32,319 nt of DNA from Verrucomicrobiota bacterium (GTDB taxonomy: Bacteria; Verrucomicrobiota; Verrucomicrobiia; Limisphaerales; UBA9464), in contig JAYTHD010000117.1 of the NCBI GenBank assembly GCA_043732975.1, positions 1 through 32,319 of the forward strand, read 5' to 3'. Under the pieces are notes generated by a model. That model searched no databases and had not been told where the DNA came from. It saw only the letters and a program-made list of their open reading frames with translations. The translations under genes and the position numbers were made by a program. Below are positions 8,518 to 17,333 of this stretch, one piece after another (positions within the stretch are counted from its first letter, which is position 1; each line of letters starts with the position of its first letter).

Positions 8518-9756
8518 TCAGTAAGTCAGCCGAACACCGAAGAAGATCCGGTTCCGCTCGAAGCTGCGGCCGTTGCCCACGACCAATTTGTGATCGGTAC
8601 GCGCATCATCAAAGTAGTAGGCGACTTCACCGCTGATGTACTGGTTGAACTTGTAGCTCGCCACGGCACCCAACATCAGATACTTGTCCGTCTCAATCGA
8701 GGTGGCCACCCCGGAGTACTTCAGATCACCGATCTGGTATCGGGCCGTGAACGTACCGCGAAGCCGGGCGGTGATCGCGTGGGACAACGCCAAGTAAACG
8801 GAGGTGGATTCGGAGTCCAGAATGTCGTTGCCGCCAAAGAGGAAAGCGTCGGTCGCCTGACGTCCGTGGCGCACACCGCCCTGAACGTAGCTACCCGGAT
8901 TGTAGGTCCACGAGAGGCTGGCATCCACGTACGGATTGGTCTCGTCCTGAACGCCCGGTGCGTCCCAACTGCTAATTTCCACGCCCGCGCGGACGGCTCC
9001 TTGAATCGTGCCCGTAAAGGAGTGATCCGCTGAGCCGAAGACCCGGTGGGTGGTGACATCACGATCAACCAGAACCGGCGCCACCGGCGCTCGATAATCG
9101 TTCACCTCGTAGTTGTAGCCGACGCCGAGAACGGTGGTCGGAGAAAGCTGGTAGTTGAAGCGAATCCCCGGAGTGTGCTCCATCCGGTTCAACTGCGCGT
9201 AATTGACATCCGCGAAATCAAAATAGGCATTCTGGTAACTCAGGCTTGTGGACCAGAGCTCGCTCAATTGGGCCTCGAACTCAAGTCCGGCCAGATTCCG
9301 GACGTTGTTGCCTTCCGCCCGGCCCAGGAACTGAACCGAGTTGATGAACTGCTCCGGCTCCTGCGAAACCGAGAAATGGTCATACAGGCTCGCCTTGTAG
9401 CGGGGACTGAAGGCGTGAGTGACGTTCAAGTCGAAATTGTGATACATGTCGTAGTCACGATTCCGCGCCCCGTTGGGATCCCGGTCAGCGAAATAGCGCA
9501 ACCCGAAGGTGTAACCCAAGTTGATCTTGGTTTGCTCGAATGGGAAATTCAAGGCAATGCCCGGAGTGATATCGACGCCCGGACTGGCAAATTTCCGCCC
9601 CGAATTCTTCGGCGCGGTATAAATGTTGTCGTCGTAAAAGCCGCGAATGCCGGCTGTGAGGGTGTACCACTTCCCCGCCCCCTCGGCAAGGGTCGGGACC
9701 GAGAGGATGGCGGCGCTGGCCGACGCAAGGCCGGCGGCTTGCAGGATCTTCTTCAT
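8518..9756 (-). CDS. Outer-membrane beta-barrel protein, first gene of the OMP-Wzc-OPX-FHA module
   Basis: 412 aa with an ATG start and a signal peptide (MKKILQAAGLASASAAILSVPTLAEG). The composition is beta-strand-like and rich in Y/G/N/D, with an aromatic C-terminus (VRLTY). The N-proximal YDDNIY motif parallels YTDNLTY in the 1912-3288 protein. Confidence 0.7.
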   Translation of the reverse strand: MKKILQAAGLASASAAILSVPTLAEGAGKWYTLTAGIRGFYDDNIYTAPKNSGRKFASPGVDITPGIALNFPFEQTKINLGYTFGLRYFADRDPNGARNRDYDMYHNFDLNVTHAFSPRYKASLYDHFSVSQEPEQFINSVQFLGRAEGNNVRNLAGLEFEAQLSELWSTSLSYQNAYFDFADVNYAQLNRMEHTPGIRFNYQLSPTTVLGVGYNYEVNDYRAPVAPVLVDRDVTTHRVFGSADHSFTGTIQGAVRAGVEISSWDAPGVQDETNPYVDASLSWTYNPGSYVQGGVRHGRQATDAFLFGGNDILDSESTSVYLALSHAITARLRGTFTARYQIGDLKYSGVATSIETDKYLMLGAVASYKFNQYISGEVAYYFDDARTDHKLVVGNGRSFERNRIFFGVRLTY

Positions 9757-10087
9757 AAATTTTGCACGTGCCTCACCCCGGAAGGATTCCCCCGGGAGAT
9801 TTGTCTTCTGTTTCTAGGCAAGGTGTTCACTTGAGTCAACTCACAAATCCTTCGACGCGTTACTTTTCGGTCCGTCGGAACCCCCGACGACTTTGAGTCG
9901 AGGTTCTCGATCCCCCGTTTGTCCCACGTTTGATTCTGGTCCTGCGAGCTCAAGGAACTCCCTACTCCGGAATCCTGCGGGCTGTTCGGCACTTGTTCAA
10001 CTCTATTCGCCCGGGATTCCACCGGCAATCGCAGGCGGAACTTCGATGAAACTGGCGAACGCAACCGGCACTGCGCTAGCATGAGGC

Positions 10088-11302
10088 ATGGCGTCAATTC
10101 GTGATGTTCGATCCATTTCCCTGAGTGTGTTGCTGGTGGTGACCGGCGGAATGGCAAGGACCGCCGCCGGCAGTGAAGGCCTGGCCGACCTGGCCCGCCT
10201 GGCCCAGGAATCCTCGGATGTCGAATTTCAAAGGAACATTCTGCGTGGCCTCAAGGCGGCCCTGGCCGGACGCCCCAGTGCCGCCGCACCAGCCGGCTGG
10301 AGCGACGTCGAAGCCGCCCTGGCCAGGAGCGCCGATTCCGAGGTGCGTACCCTGGCTCAATTTTTGGGACTCACCTTCGGAAGTTCCGGCGCTCAGGACG
10401 CCCTCCGGGCACTGGCCGGTGATCGCCAGGCCCCGGCCGGCGACCGCAATCAGGCCCTGACGGCGCTGTTGCGGGCACGAAGTCCCCATCTGGCGGGTTT
10501 GCTCCAGGTGCTCTGTGACGACGCCGCTGTCCGCGCCACGGCGGTGCGTGGACTCGCCCAATTTGACGATCCCAGGACTCCCGCAGTGCTGTTGCAGGGA
10601 TATGCGGGCTGGCCGGGAGACCACCAGCGCGATGCCATCAACACTTTGGCTTCCCGCCCCGGTTATGCGGCGGCACTCCTCGAAGCGGTTGGCGACAGCA
10701 AAATCCCCAAGAGCGATCTGAGCGCGGATTTGGTGAGGCAATTGCAAAACCACAAAAATCCCGAACTGAGTCGGCGACTGACGGAAGTGTGGGGCGTCAT
10801 GAAGGAACGCAATGCCGACATGACCGCCGAGATCGAGGCCACGAAACGTCGCTATTGGGCCGGGGGCTCGCAACCCGGAGACGCGCGTCGTGGCCGGCTG
10901 GTTTTCAATCAGATTTGTGCGGCCTGTCATCACCTTTTCGATTTTGGTGGTGAAGTGGGTCCGGACATCACCGGCGCGAATCGCTCTGATTTGGATTACC
11001 TGCTCCAAAATATTCTCTATCCGAACGCCGTGGTCCCCAATGAGTATCGGCAATCGATCATCGAGACCAGGGATGGACGTGTCTTGACGGGCATTTTGAA
11101 ATCTTCCGAGGGAGCCGCCCACCGACTGCAAACCGCCACGGAGCTGGTGATCCTGCCCAAAGCCGAAGTTGCCAAGGTGGAATTGCTGGAGACTTCCATG
11201 ATGCCGGAAGGCTTGATTTCAGGCCTCCCCGACGTCCAGATGCGCGACCTTCTCTACTACCTGACCCGCCCGGGGCAGGTCCCCTTGCCCGCCGGAAACT
11301 GA
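10088..11302 (+). CDS. HEAT-repeat protein with a C-terminal PVC-type heme-binding CxxCH (cytochrome c) domain
   Basis: 404 aa with a signal-like N-terminus. The alanine/leucine-rich repeat region looks like HEAT repeats. A single CAACH heme motif is followed by GPDITG...LLQNILYPNAVV...TGIL...MMPEGL, matching the Pirellula/Verrucomicrobium-type heme-binding domain as I remember it. Confidence 0.75.
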   Translation: MASIRDVRSISLSVLLVVTGGMARTAAGSEGLADLARLAQESSDVEFQRNILRGLKAALAGRPSAAAPAGWSDVEAALARSADSEVRTLAQFLGLTFGSSGAQDALRALAGDRQAPAGDRNQALTALLRARSPHLAGLLQVLCDDAAVRATAVRGLAQFDDPRTPAVLLQGYAGWPGDHQRDAINTLASRPGYAAALLEAVGDSKIPKSDLSADLVRQLQNHKNPELSRRLTEVWGVMKERNADMTAEIEATKRRYWAGGSQPGDARRGRLVFNQICAACHHLFDFGGEVGPDITGANRSDLDYLLQNILYPNAVVPNEYRQSIIETRDGRVLTGILKSSEGAAHRLQTATELVILPKAEVAKVELLETSMMPEGLISGLPDVQMRDLLYYLTRPGQVPLPAGN

Positions 11303-11462
11303 GTCTCCCGCCGGGACCTCGGTGGTTCCATCGGGCGCGACGCTGTTTCCCGGGCCGGACGTTTTCCGCAGCCCGGCAAATTCGAGGTGAATCCGATTGC
11401 TTCGCCAGAATGATCCGTGGTAGGTTCCGCCATCCCCTCGGTGAAAAAACATTCCTGCGAAC

Positions 11463-11714
11463 ATGGATATCAAAATCGATTGCCTCTGCGGGACTCGCTA
11501 CGGCTTTGACGTGGAACCCGAGGACGGCCGTATGCCGACAACCGTTGCCTGCCCGGGTTGTGGCACAGATGGCACCGGCGACGCGAACCAATTGATTCAA
11601 GCCCAACTCGCCCCGCGTCCGGCGGCCCTGCGGCCGGTGCGCGTTTCCATTATCCGGCCCGGTGTCCCGGCGCCCAGCTCCGCCGCGGCCGTCAGCGTGC
11701 CGGGCCCACCTTAG
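11463..11714 (+). CDS. Small zinc-ribbon protein with a Pro/Ala-rich tail
   Basis: 83 aa. MDIKIDCLCGTRYGFDV...VACPGCGTDG gives a CxC...CxxC ribbon. No other domain was recognised. Confidence 0.45.
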   Translation: MDIKIDCLCGTRYGFDVEPEDGRMPTTVACPGCGTDGTGDANQLIQAQLAPRPAALRPVRVSIIRPGVPAPSSAAAVSVPGPP

Positions 11715-11778
11715 TTTTGCCCGGAGCTGCGAAGTGAAGCCGGTCGACGGCGATTCACCTGTATCTTAGGTTGCCGCG

Positions 11779-12714
11779 ATGAATTCGTTCCACTTGGGAT
11801 CCTCCCGGCTGCAAGTTTCCGTGGTCGCTTACGGTTGCTGGCGCCTGGCTGGCTCGGAAGCAGCGGTTCCGCCCCCCGACAGCTCCGCAGGAAAACGCGC
11901 CATCCACGCCGCCGTCGACGCTGGATACACCCTGTTGGATCTGGCGGATATTTATGGTGGCGGGCGTTGCGAGGAAATTCTGGGCGAAGCCTTGAAGGAA
12001 TCTCCCGGCCTGCGCGCCCGCCTGGTGATCGCCACCAAATGCGGCATTCGCCCCGGCGGGAAACCGGCCGGCGTTCCCGGGCGCTACGATTTCAGCGGCA
12101 CCCACATTCTCCGCAGCGTGGACGGCTCGCTGCAACGCCTCGGGGTGGACTCGGTCGATCTCCTCATGCTGCACCGTCCGGATTACTTGATGGACCCGGC
12201 CGAAGTCGCCACCGCTTTCGACACCCTTCAACGGAGCGGGCGGGTCCGCGAATTCGGCGTCAGTAATTTCCGGCCCTCGCAGGTCACCCTCCTGCAAAAG
12301 CACCTGAGGCAACGCCTGTGCGTCCATCAGATCGAGATCAGCCTGCTCCAGTTGGCCGCCCTTGAGGATGGCACATTGGATCAATGCCTTTCGGAAAAAA
12401 TCACCCCCATGGCCTGGAGTCCCTTGGGCGGCGGTCTGTTGGGTGATCGGGTGCACGGACTCCTGCCCGGTCAGCGCGGGTATCGTCCGGACGCCGTACG
12501 AACCGAACTCGACCGCCTGGCTGAATCCAGCGGCGCCACGCGCGCCCAGTTGGCGCTGGCGTGGCTTTTGAAGCATCCCGCAAAAATCCAGCCAATCATC
12601 GGCTCCCAGCAACCCGCCGACATCCAGGCCCTGACCCGGGCGCCGCGAGTGGAGTTGAGCCGCGAGGATTGGTATCGGTTGCTGGTGGCCGCCCGCGGGG
12701 CGCCGCTCCCCTAA
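11779..12714 (+). CDS. Aldo/keto reductase family oxidoreductase
   Basis: 311 aa. AKR hallmarks: AYGCWRL, DLADIYGGGRCEEILGEAL, ATKCG, VDLLMLHRPD and REFGVSNF. Confidence 0.88.
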   Translation: MNSFHLGSSRLQVSVVAYGCWRLAGSEAAVPPPDSSAGKRAIHAAVDAGYTLLDLADIYGGGRCEEILGEALKESPGLRARLVIATKCGIRPGGKPAGVPGRYDFSGTHILRSVDGSLQRLGVDSVDLLMLHRPDYLMDPAEVATAFDTLQRSGRVREFGVSNFRPSQVTLLQKHLRQRLCVHQIEISLLQLAALEDGTLDQCLSEKITPMAWSPLGGGLLGDRVHGLLPGQRGYRPDAVRTELDRLAESSGATRAQLALAWLLKHPAKIQPIIGSQQPADIQALTRAPRVELSREDWYRLLVAARGAPLP

Positions 12715-12770
12715 GCGGGCGGGCGGAGGAATGAATCACCGCCGCCACACCGGGCTTCCGGCCCGGAAAT

Positions 12771-13733
12771 TCATGCCGAGCGGTCCGCCGAACGAAACCA
12801 GTGGATGAATCGCGGGATGCCTTCGGCGATGCGCGTCTGCGGATCATACCCGAGCCACGCGCGGGCCTTGGAGATATCGGCGAACGTGCGCGGGACATCT
12901 CCGGGCTGCGCGGGCTGGCGGTCAATCACCGCTGGTTTTCCCAGGGCCCTTTCCAACAGGTCGATCAAATGATCGAGCCGCACCGTTTGCGACTCCCCGA
13001 GATTGAAAACCTCAAAGCCAAACTCACGCCGCGTGCAGGCCATCACCCCGGCAACAATGTCATCGCTGTACGTGTAATCCCGCTCGGTCGAGCCATCCCC
13101 AAAGACCGGAATGGGCAAGCCCGCGGCAATCAGCCGGGCAAACTTGTGAATCGCGAGGTCGGGACGTTGCCGCGGGCCATACACCGTGAAAAAACGCAGC
13201 ATGGCAATGTCGAGTCCATAAACCTGATGGTACACATGGCCCAGGGACTCACACGCCATCTTGCTGGCGGCATACGGCGAAATCGGCTGAAAGACGGGAT
13301 CCGATTCGGCAAAGGGCACCTTGGCGTTGGTGCCGTAAACACTGGAGGAACTGGCCAGGGCGAATTTCTTCACCCCGCAGGCCCGGCCCGCCTCGAGAAT
13401 GTTCACCGTGCCCTCCACGTTCACCCGTTGATACAGGGCCGGCTCCAACAACGAAGGCCGCACTCCGGCCCGCGCCGCCAGGTGAATCACCTGGTCAAAT
13501 CCGCGCCCGGCAAACAACGCATCCACTGTCGTGCGCTCCGTGATGTCGCCCGGCAGAAACTCGAAGCGACTGCCGCCGGTCACCGCCAGGGCCGCCAGAT
13601 TGAGCTGCTTCAGCCGCGGCGAATAAAACGGATTGAGGTCGTCGAACACCGTGACCTGGTGCCCTTCGATCAACAACCGTTCCGCCACGTGGGAACCAAT
13701 GAAGCCGGCGCCCCCCGTCACAAGGAATCGCAT
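12771..13733 (-). CDS. NAD-dependent nucleotide-sugar epimerase/dehydratase (UDP-glucuronate 4-epimerase-like SDR)
   Basis: 320 aa. Rossmann motif VTGGAGFIGSH, catalytic YAASK, and FFTVYGPRQRPDLAIHKF, typical of extended SDR sugar epimerases. Confidence 0.85.
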   Translation of the reverse strand: MRFLVTGGAGFIGSHVAERLLIEGHQVTVFDDLNPFYSPRLKQLNLAALAVTGGSRFEFLPGDITERTTVDALFAGRGFDQVIHLAARAGVRPSLLEPALYQRVNVEGTVNILEAGRACGVKKFALASSSSVYGTNAKVPFAESDPVFQPISPYAASKMACESLGHVYHQVYGLDIAMLRFFTVYGPRQRPDLAIHKFARLIAAGLPIPVFGDGSTERDYTYSDDIVAGVMACTRREFGFEVFNLGESQTVRLDHLIDLLERALGKPAVIDRQPAQPGDVPRTFADISKARAWLGYDPQTRIAEGIPRFIHWFRSADRSA

Positions 13734-13849
13734 GGGATTCCCTTAGTCCACCGCGGACCAAACACACGGGCTTTTCCGCTCCCCCGGACCCGCAAAACCA
13801 AAGTGGACGAGGGCCCGCCGGGCACATTTGCTTGGGGTGAATCAATTCC

Positions 13850-14689
13850 ATGAAAATGTCCCTGCACTCTCGATTGGCCACCGCGCTCGCCACCGCGTGG
13901 ATCACCGTCGCCACCGCCGCACCGTCGGTCACCGCCGCCGACCTTAGCTCCCAGGTCGCCATCCAGACGTGGACTCTGCGCGAGCTCAGTTTTGAACAAG
14001 TGATCGAATTTGCCCAGCGACACGGCATCAAGGACCTTCAAGTCATCGCCAAACACGTCGACCCCGCCTCCTCCCAGGAGGAATGGAAGAAGAAGAAGGC
14101 CGCGCTCGATGCCGCCGGGCTGAACGTCTACACCTTTGGCGTCGCCGGCACTTCCCTGAAAAAGGAGGAAAACCGCCGCCTTTTTGAGTTCGCAAAATTC
14201 ATGGGCATCAAGCTGATCATCGTGGAACCCGGCGATTTCCGCATCTGGGACAATTTGGAGGAACTCGCCAAGGAATACGACATCCGCGTGGCCGTGCACA
14301 ATCACGGGGTCAAATCGCTCTACGGCAATCCCGCCATCGTCAAACAGGTCATCGGCCACCGGGACGCTCACCTCGGTGTTTGCCTCGACGTCGGCTGGAT
14401 CACCAGTGGCAATTTCGATGCCGCCGAAGTCTATCGGAAGTACGAAGGCCGCGTGTTCGACATCCATCTGAAGGACAAGGTCGTCACCAAGACGGCGAAG
14501 GGCGATGACGTCGCCAACGACACCCACATCGGCGAAGGCCAGTCGAATTACCTCGGGCTGTTCGCCGAATTGAAGAAATCCGGCTACACCGGCCGGTTGG
14601 CGATCGAGACCGACAGCGGCGATTTCGCCCGGAACCCGGATGGGTTTGTCGACAAGGCCAAGGCGTTCGTCAAAGCGAACGGCAACTAG
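13850..14689 (+). CDS. Exported sugar phosphate isomerase/epimerase (xylose isomerase-like TIM barrel)
   Basis: 279 aa with a signal peptide (ATALATAWITVATAAPSVTAADL). The layout matches the AP_endonuc_2/TIM-barrel family (IIVEP, VAVHNH, LDVGW, HLKD, AIETD). Confidence 0.75.
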   Translation: MKMSLHSRLATALATAWITVATAAPSVTAADLSSQVAIQTWTLRELSFEQVIEFAQRHGIKDLQVIAKHVDPASSQEEWKKKKAALDAAGLNVYTFGVAGTSLKKEENRRLFEFAKFMGIKLIIVEPGDFRIWDNLEELAKEYDIRVAVHNHGVKSLYGNPAIVKQVIGHRDAHLGVCLDVGWITSGNFDAAEVYRKYEGRVFDIHLKDKVVTKTAKGDDVANDTHIGEGQSNYLGLFAELKKSGYTGRLAIETDSGDFARNPDGFVDKAKAFVKANGN

Positions 14690-14730
14690 GCGTCAGCGAA
14701 CCCGTCACCGCTGGCCGCGCCTTCCTCTTC

Positions 14731-15495
14731 ATGCCCCGCCTCGTCTTCGACATCGAAACTTCCTCGCTCCCGCTGGAAAATTTCGACCCCGCCCAGCAAG
14801 AGTATCTCTTCCGTGAGGCGGAACGGCAGACCACCGGGGAGGATAAGGCGCGCAAGCGGGCCGAGATCTCCCAGCAATTCAACCTGTGGCCGTTCACGGC
14901 CCAGGTGGTTTGCATCGCGATGATCAATGCCGATTCCGGCAAGGGTCAGGTGCTCTATCAGGCGGATGATTTCGAAGAACCCGCCGGCGATCTCGACGAT
15001 GCCCCCGGCGGCGCGGGTGATGCGGCCGCGATCCACATCGACGGCATCGAGTTCGCGCCGCAGGTGGACGAGGCGGAGTTGCTGGCCGCCTTCTGGGATG
15101 TGGCCAAACGCTACGACAGCATCGTGACCTTCAACGGTCGCGGGTTCGACGTCCCGTTTCTCTACCTCCGCTCCGCCATTCTCAACGTCCCGATCAGTCG
15201 GCGCGACTGGCTCGGTTACCGCTATCAGGTCGAACCCCATTGCGACATCGCCGAGCAGTTGACGTTCTACAGCGTCAGCGGACGCGATGGGGCGGCCCGT
15301 CGCTTCAACTTGGATTTCTACTGCAAGGCCTTTGGCATTGAATCGCCCAAGAGCCACGGCGTGACCGGAATGGACGTCAACGACCTGCTCGCGGCCGGCG
15401 AGTATCGGAAGATCGCCGAATACTGCGTCCGCGACGTCCGCGCCACGGTGGAATTGTACAAGGTTTGGGCGGAGCGGCTCAAGGGCATCAAGTAG
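14731..15495 (+). CDS. DEDD-type 3'-5' exonuclease related to the PolB exonuclease domain
   Basis: 254 aa. Exo I LVFDIETSS, Exo II VTFNGRGFDVPFL and Exo III YCVRDVRAT. An acidic, Gly/Ala-rich insert (DDFEEPAGDLDDAPGGAGDAAA) lies between Exo I and Exo II. Confidence 0.75.
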   Translation: MPRLVFDIETSSLPLENFDPAQQEYLFREAERQTTGEDKARKRAEISQQFNLWPFTAQVVCIAMINADSGKGQVLYQADDFEEPAGDLDDAPGGAGDAAAIHIDGIEFAPQVDEAELLAAFWDVAKRYDSIVTFNGRGFDVPFLYLRSAILNVPISRRDWLGYRYQVEPHCDIAEQLTFYSVSGRDGAARRFNLDFYCKAFGIESPKSHGVTGMDVNDLLAAGEYRKIAEYCVRDVRATVELYKVWAERLKGIK

Positions 15496-15527
15496 CCGTC
15501 ACGACCGCGGAGCCACCGGGCCGACCC

Positions 15528-17333
15528 TCACGCACCGACAAACGCGGCGTGAAGAACCGCGTAGCGGCCCCGGGACGCGAGGAGCGTGGTGTGAGTCCCG
15601 CTCTCCACCAACCGGCCATGATCCAGGACCAGGATTTGATCCGCCCGGCGCACGGTGCTCAAACGGTGGGCCACGACAAAACAGGTCCGGCCGATGAACA
15701 GAAGGTCCAACGCCTTTTGAATGATGGCCTCCGTCCGCGGATCCACGGCACTCGTGGCCTCATCCAGAATCAGCAAGGCGGGATCCGCCACCAGGGCCCG
15801 CGTCAGCGTCATCAACTGGCGTTCCCCCGCTGATAGCGTCCCGCCACGATCACCCACCTTGGTGGCATACCCTTCGCTCAGTCCGGCGAGGATTTCATCC
15901 GTCCCCAACCGTCGGGCCGCTTCGATGACCTCCGCATCCGCGGCCTCCGGCCGGCCAAATTTCAGATTTTCCATAACCGTGCCGCTGAAGAGAAAATTCT
16001 CCTGCGTCACAATTCCCAATTGCTGGTGCCAGGAGGTGAGCGTGTGCCCCAGCAGATCCCGGCCGTCCACGAGCACACGCCCCGCGACCGGTTCGTAGAA
16101 GCGTGCGAGGAGACTGATCACCGTGGTCTTTCCCGAACCCGTGTGACCCACCAGCGCGATGGTCTGACCTGCCTGCGCAGAGAAACTCAAATCCCGCAAC
16201 ACCCACTGATCCCGTGGCGTGGTGTCGTAGCGGAAGGAAACCTCTTCGAACGTCACCGCCCCGCGCACCCGGGGCAGTACGGCGGCATCCGGTCGATCCC
16301 GGACCTGCGGTTCGGTGTCGAGCAGGACAAAGATCCGTTCGGCACTGGCGGCGGCGGACAAAAAGGCATTGTAGAGATCCCCCATGGTTTGGATCGGGCC
16401 GAAGAACATCCCGAGGTAAAGCAGGAACGCCGCCAGCGCACCCACCGTGAGTTCGCCATGTTGCACCCGCCAACCGCCGTAGCCCAACACCACCGCAGTG
16501 GCGAGTCCGAACGCCTGGTTCACCAGCGGCATGTAGGTGTGGAAGACACGGGCCGATTTCACCCAGCGCCGGGTGAAATCCGCGTGCAACCGGGTGAAAC
16601 GATCCAGGTTTTCCGGTTCCCGACCAAACGCCTGCACCACGCGGACTCCCGAAATGTTTTCCGCCATCGCCGCCCCGAGTCGGGACATCGTCCCGCGCAA
16701 CGCCCGATGCGCCTCCCGGCCCCGCCGATGAAACCACCGCGTCAGCCCCGCCAGAACGGGAATCACGCCGCACGCCGCCAGGCAAAGCCGCCAATCCTCC
16801 CACAGCATCAGCCCGACCACTCCCGCCAGCGTGATCAGGCTCGACAGCATCTGGGTCGCTCCCCAGGTCAACACCCGGTCCAGTGAATCCACGTCCGTGT
16901 CCGCCCGCGCCAGGATCCGCCCCTGGTGGGTGCGATCGAAGTAATTCAGCGAAAGCCGCTGGATGTGCTCAAAGATTTCGAGCCGCAGGTCATTCATCGC
17001 CCCCTGCCCCACCCGGACGGCCGAACGCACTTGAATCACCGACAATCCCCAGCCAACCAGCAGATTGGCGAGATAAATCCCACTGATGACCAGGATGCCT
17101 CGTTGCGCCGCGGCGGCATCGACCCAGTGGGTGAGATGGCGGTCAATGCCCAATTGAATCAGCTTGGGTCCCAGCAATCCCGACGCGGTCGCCAAACAGG
17201 TCAGGATCAGGTTCAGGACAAATAGCCGGCGATAAGGACGGGTGAAGGCAAACAAACGCCGAAACAGGGATCCGCGCAGTGAGCTTTGCGCAAATTCCTC
17301 GTCCAGGGCGATGTCGTCGTGCGTGGCGGCCAT
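15528..17333 (-). CDS. ABC exporter half-transporter (TMD-NBD), consensus-site subunit
   Basis: 601 aa with six predicted TM helices followed by an NBD. Walker A GHTGSGKTT, signature LSAGERQ, Walker B LLILDEATSAVD and H-loop VVAHRLS. The start overlaps the upstream partner's stop by 1 nt (TGATG at 17331-17335). Confidence 0.9.
   Translation of the reverse strand: MAATHDDIALDEEFAQSSLRGSLFRRLFAFTRPYRRLFVLNLILTCLATASGLLGPKLIQLGIDRHLTHWVDAAAAQRGILVISGIYLANLLVGWGLSVIQVRSAVRVGQGAMNDLRLEIFEHIQRLSLNYFDRTHQGRILARADTDVDSLDRVLTWGATQMLSSLITLAGVVGLMLWEDWRLCLAACGVIPVLAGLTRWFHRRGREAHRALRGTMSRLGAAMAENISGVRVVQAFGREPENLDRFTRLHADFTRRWVKSARVFHTYMPLVNQAFGLATAVVLGYGGWRVQHGELTVGALAAFLLYLGMFFGPIQTMGDLYNAFLSAAASAERIFVLLDTEPQVRDRPDAAVLPRVRGAVTFEEVSFRYDTTPRDQWVLRDLSFSAQAGQTIALVGHTGSGKTTVISLLARFYEPVAGRVLVDGRDLLGHTLTSWHQQLGIVTQENFLFSGTVMENLKFGRPEAADAEVIEAARRLGTDEILAGLSEGYATKVGDRGGTLSAGERQLMTLTRALVADPALLILDEATSAVDPRTEAIIQKALDLLFIGRTCFVVAHRLSTVRRADQILVLDHGRLVESGTHTTLLASRGRYAVLHAAFVGA

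Noticed and set aside
9753-10157. 134-aa minus-strand ORF in the 330-bp divergent intergenic region
   Set aside because: It overlaps the starts of both flanking genes, is rich in Ser/Arg/Pro, and has no features. The region more likely holds promoters and leaders.
10094-11131. 345-aa minus-strand ORF
   Set aside because: It is antisense to the HEAT/CxxCH heme protein, which has a clear heme motif and conserved C-terminal domain.
12750-12766. Hairpin CCGGGC-TTCCG-GCCCGG between the convergent aldo/keto reductase and epimerase genes
   Set aside because: The stem is only 6 bp and neither strand has a following U-tract. That is insufficient to call a terminator.
12801-13853. 350-aa plus-strand ORF
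   Set aside because: It is antisense to the SDR epimerase, which carries GGAGFIGSH and YAASK motifs.
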